NCBI GenBank assembly: GCA_002633005.1
Contig: NMRA01000031.1
Location: 458,888 to 522,887, forward strand
DNA from: Phoronis australis
Lineage: Eukaryota > Animalia > Phoronida
Length of the DNA stretch: 64,000 bases
Direction of reading: 5' to 3'
Shown here: piece by piece, positions 60,959-64,000 of the stretch
How positions within the stretch are numbered: position 1 is the first letter of the stretch
Layout: each line of letters begins with the position of its first letter
Position numbers and translations under genes: made by a program
The notes under the pieces: model-generated
What the model was told of the DNA's origin: nothing
The model's database searches: none
Seen by the model: the letters and a program-made list of their open reading frames with translations, nothing else

Positions 60959-61995
60959 ATGTCATACATGCTTTTGATTTTATGTTTGGCTTTAAGTCTT
61001 CCCGATAGATCCACGGCGTTAAACAAGAGGCAAATTCCAGATGACCCCCTCCTGGACATGTTCCGGAAACAAGAGGTTTTATTACAGAAGATTGGAAAAC
61101 AATTGAATGATTCAGTCAGTATACTAGACACTAAGATCATGAAGTTGGAACGCGCTCTTGCGTCTCATGAGAAAGGCAACAAGGAAGTTGTAAAAAAGAT
61201 GCAGAATGCCTTAGACGATATCGATAATTTGGTGGAAGACAAGTTATGCCCTCGCGGTTTTTATCTAAATGATTTTGGCTGTTACAAATTCATAAACGAA
61301 GCATTACCTTTTGATACCGCCGCTGCTCGTTGCCGTCAATATCAGAGCCACTTGGTTGAGGTACAAACAAATAAGACATTTGAGGCTTTGATATCCTTGA
61401 TGGATCAACGTGGCGCGACTGTAAACAGATGGTACCATCTGGGCGCCAAGAAAGTGAACGACGTGTGGACATGGAGTGAATCAAAGGAACCTTTCACCTT
61501 CAACAACTTTTGGAAAGGTGGTGAGTAGTATTTGACTAATTTTGGCGTAGCCTTCAAAGAGTGACAGATTTTAACTTGTTACCTGGTAAAATTTATGTGG
61601 CCCTGAAGTCATGACTCATCAGATAATGTATTTTAATTTCGTTACGTTCCCTTTCAAAAAAGCTTGTGCGTCCTCTACTTCAAAATGTCAAAAACATTTG
61701 GCGAATTACATAATGTACACTAGAGTACAGATTGTGTAAACTGTATCTCTTAATGCATGGCGTTTCGATGTGCAGAGGTACGTTTAGTTGATTTGAGTAC
61801 GTAACATGCAACCGCGCGTAAGAGTTCTCCTCCAGTACATATTCTCGTTACCGATTGTAAGACCTGTCCTTCTTTCTACATGCGGTTCTAGGTCTAAGAG
61901 GTAGCGAATGTGCGTTCTTCAACTTCAATCACAACAACAAGAGGTGGGATGAAGACCATTGCACATACAAGGCACACTCCGTCTGTGAAATTTGA
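60959..61995 (+). CDS. Secreted coiled-coil + C-type lectin domain protein (221 aa; exons 60959-61520 and 61892-61995)
   Basis: Hydrophobic signal peptide MSYMLLILCLALS, a heptad-rich neck, and a CTLD: CPRGF...GCYKF...A.ARC...HLVEV...WYHLGA...WTWS...FTFNNFW. A phase-1 intron is followed by GLRGSECAFFNFNHNNKRWDEDHCTYKAHSVCEI*. TATATA at 60883 and AATAAA at 62253. Confidence 0.9.
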
Positions 61996-62877
61996 TGAGG
62001 CGGATTGTAATTGTGTAATATCCGAAGAGCATTTGCGAACATGACATGCTCGAAGCTCGGCTGCAGCATTGCTGGTAACGGATAAAACACCATGTCAGCT
62101 AATCTACCTTGGCTGTGTTTCAGAAATGTTCATCTCGTCAACAATATTGTGTCCTTTTATTGCCGTAGTGATAAACGGCCTACTTGTGCTTTTGTTATGT
62201 TGAAGCGGTTATGGCTAGAAATTGATACCTTTAAACCTGTTCCGTAGAAAAAAATAAAATTTGATTGAGATCACTTACCGCTATACAACGGTTCAACTTG
62301 TTATTTTTTACCTAGATGAGACGTGAGTTTGTTCTTGCAGAGATCAGACAGTTCGTTATTCCCCGAGACAATGATGATGACACGTCATGACAAGTCAAAA
62401 AAAACGAACTGTCGGTTACTTTCAAGTGCAGAAATCGCACTTAATTTGACTAAGGACCAGTTTCACAACGGTAAGTTGTCTAAATCAAACACTTGTTGTG
62501 ATGTAAGGCGAGTTTATCGCCAGCACACCCCCCCCCCCTCCCATCACTGAATATTCTAAAATAAATCAATTGGTTTAAAACACTTAATTAAGATTGAATC
62601 TACTCAATTTAAATATCATAGGAGATTGTCACTGCGANTGCTAAAGTTGAACGCTCTCGTTATCAACAGACCACGCCACTTATTCAATAGGCCTTTCTTA
62701 TGCATGTCTCACATTCCAATCCTAGAAAAACAGTGCAGGTGGCCTGATGTCATTTGCGGTGCATCAGACGTGCGCAGGCCTCATGGTTGGGCCCATTGCA
62801 CAAAACACCTGAGCAAAAGCACGAGAGCCCAATTATGGCTCTTCGTGAAGAAAGTTTTCAAGTCTGTCAGTCTTCTT

Positions 62878-63385
62878 TCAGAAAACGGACAGACGTTTCC
62901 ATTTGTTGCCATGAACTATATGTTGTAGGCATGTAACAGTGCCGTCCAGTAAATTGCTCCTTAGCCTATAAAAAGCTGGGCAAGACTCTACCAGGTGTTT
63001 AGGCGATTCTACGTCAGTGCCACACTCGGGACACGCTGGGCTCCCCACATGCCCAGTAATGTGTCTGTGTCGGGCTAGGTTACAATGGCCCGTCAAAATT
63101 TGAATGACGTGTCTTATACCCAATCTATCTAGTCTCGGAAGGTTTTTTGAACCTTTCGGTTCGATCACGTTGGGAAAATTCCCCTTTGTCTCTCTACAGG
63201 TGTTAAGTGTTGCCCACTGCTGAACGGGTATGTACCCAGTTGTGTATACTCATCCTGCAACATCCGTAAGATACCGCGATAGTAGGTTTAGGCACAAAAT
63301 GCAGAACACTTGCTCCTATCTTTGCGAGTCTGTCTGCATTCTCATTGCCATCAATTCCCGCATGGGCCCTGATCCCAGCGTACAT
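62878..63385 (-). mobile_element. Decayed, 5'-truncated non-LTR retrotransposon 3' fragment (RNase H end + CCHC zinc knuckle; I/R1/Loa-group-like)
   Basis: HAGIDGNENADRLAKIGA matches the RNase H C-terminal motif H.GI.GNE.AD.LAK. After a break comes QILTGHCNLARH...CPECGTDVESPKHLVESCPAF (C-x2-C-x8-H-x4-C). Confidence 0.85.
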
Positions 63386-64000
63386 TGATGGTTCTTTCAA
63401 TTATAAGCTTGTTAAGCTCATTAATACAATCATAACACAACGAGAGTTGGCCCTTAGAACGAGACTAGTGCTGTTATGTCTTATAGGGAGCTGTCTGTTT
63501 ACAATGAATCTCTACATAAACCATGGCAAACTACTGTACCACTTGTTGCACAAATAACCATAGAAACAAAGTTTTGTAATGTCGCCAATTTCATACTAAC
63601 AAGTATCAGGAATCTTCCTGCAAGCATTAATAAGACAGTCTGTGGCTACTGAAGATTCGTAGATACAATGACCACAATTTTCACACAGTAAACAAGGCCA
63701 GACCAGGACACTGGGTCTGACCCTGTTACCTGAACTGTACACATAGTCTTCTTTAACTGAGCACAGCTGACACTACTCCATTTGCCCTTTGTGACATTCC
63801 TGCCACTAAATATGCATAATTCACTACGCGACCCTGGCCACGGGTCGATCTCAGCATTATCATTTAACTACTGTAGTAACTAAAAATATTTAAAACTTAG
63901 TAGGTAGGCCAACTGCTATTATTATTCTACTTCAGTACTGACTTGTGTTCACCGAGCAGCATATACTTGCCAGCAGTAGTAGAAATATGTAATGAACTTA

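Overview
This is eukaryotic (invertebrate bilaterian, plausibly lophotrochozoan; species not determinable) draft-assembly DNA, AT-rich, with one 836-nt gap (1660-2495) and three single-N contig joins (36495, 55704, 62638). The six-frame ORF track is mostly exon fragments and noise, so I reconstructed genes by hand from GT-AG junctions and reading phase. (1) Minus strand: a neurabin/spinophilin (PPP1R9A/B-family) gene with 11 phase-consistent coding exons from ATG 22501 down to 379 (about 1058 aa). It encodes actin-binding-like motifs, a KIRF PP1-docking motif, a PDZ domain and coiled coil, and runs off the left edge. (2) Plus strand, head-to-head with it: a complete 20-exon puromycin-sensitive aminopeptidase (NPEPPS; GAMEN, HELAH-x18-E), 35129-54350, 930 aa, with a mitochondrial-presequence-like extension before a second ATG. 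(3) A two-exon secreted coiled-coil + C-type lectin gene, 60959-61995 (221 aa). Introns and intergenic DNA hold decayed L1/Tx1-like and RNase H-bearing LINE fragments, non-autonomous TIR elements with 5-, 6- and 7-bp target-site duplications, Helentron/DINE-like repeats and micro/minisatellites. The most notable observations are: tandem repeats built from exon-end + 5' splice-site units in both large genes; a repeat carrying eight co-oriented CTCF-like motifs at about 145-bp spacing; a probable compact bidirectional promoter; and phase-matched alternative exons in neurabin's 9-kb intron. I found no clearly new multi-gene system, and these findings are hypotheses.
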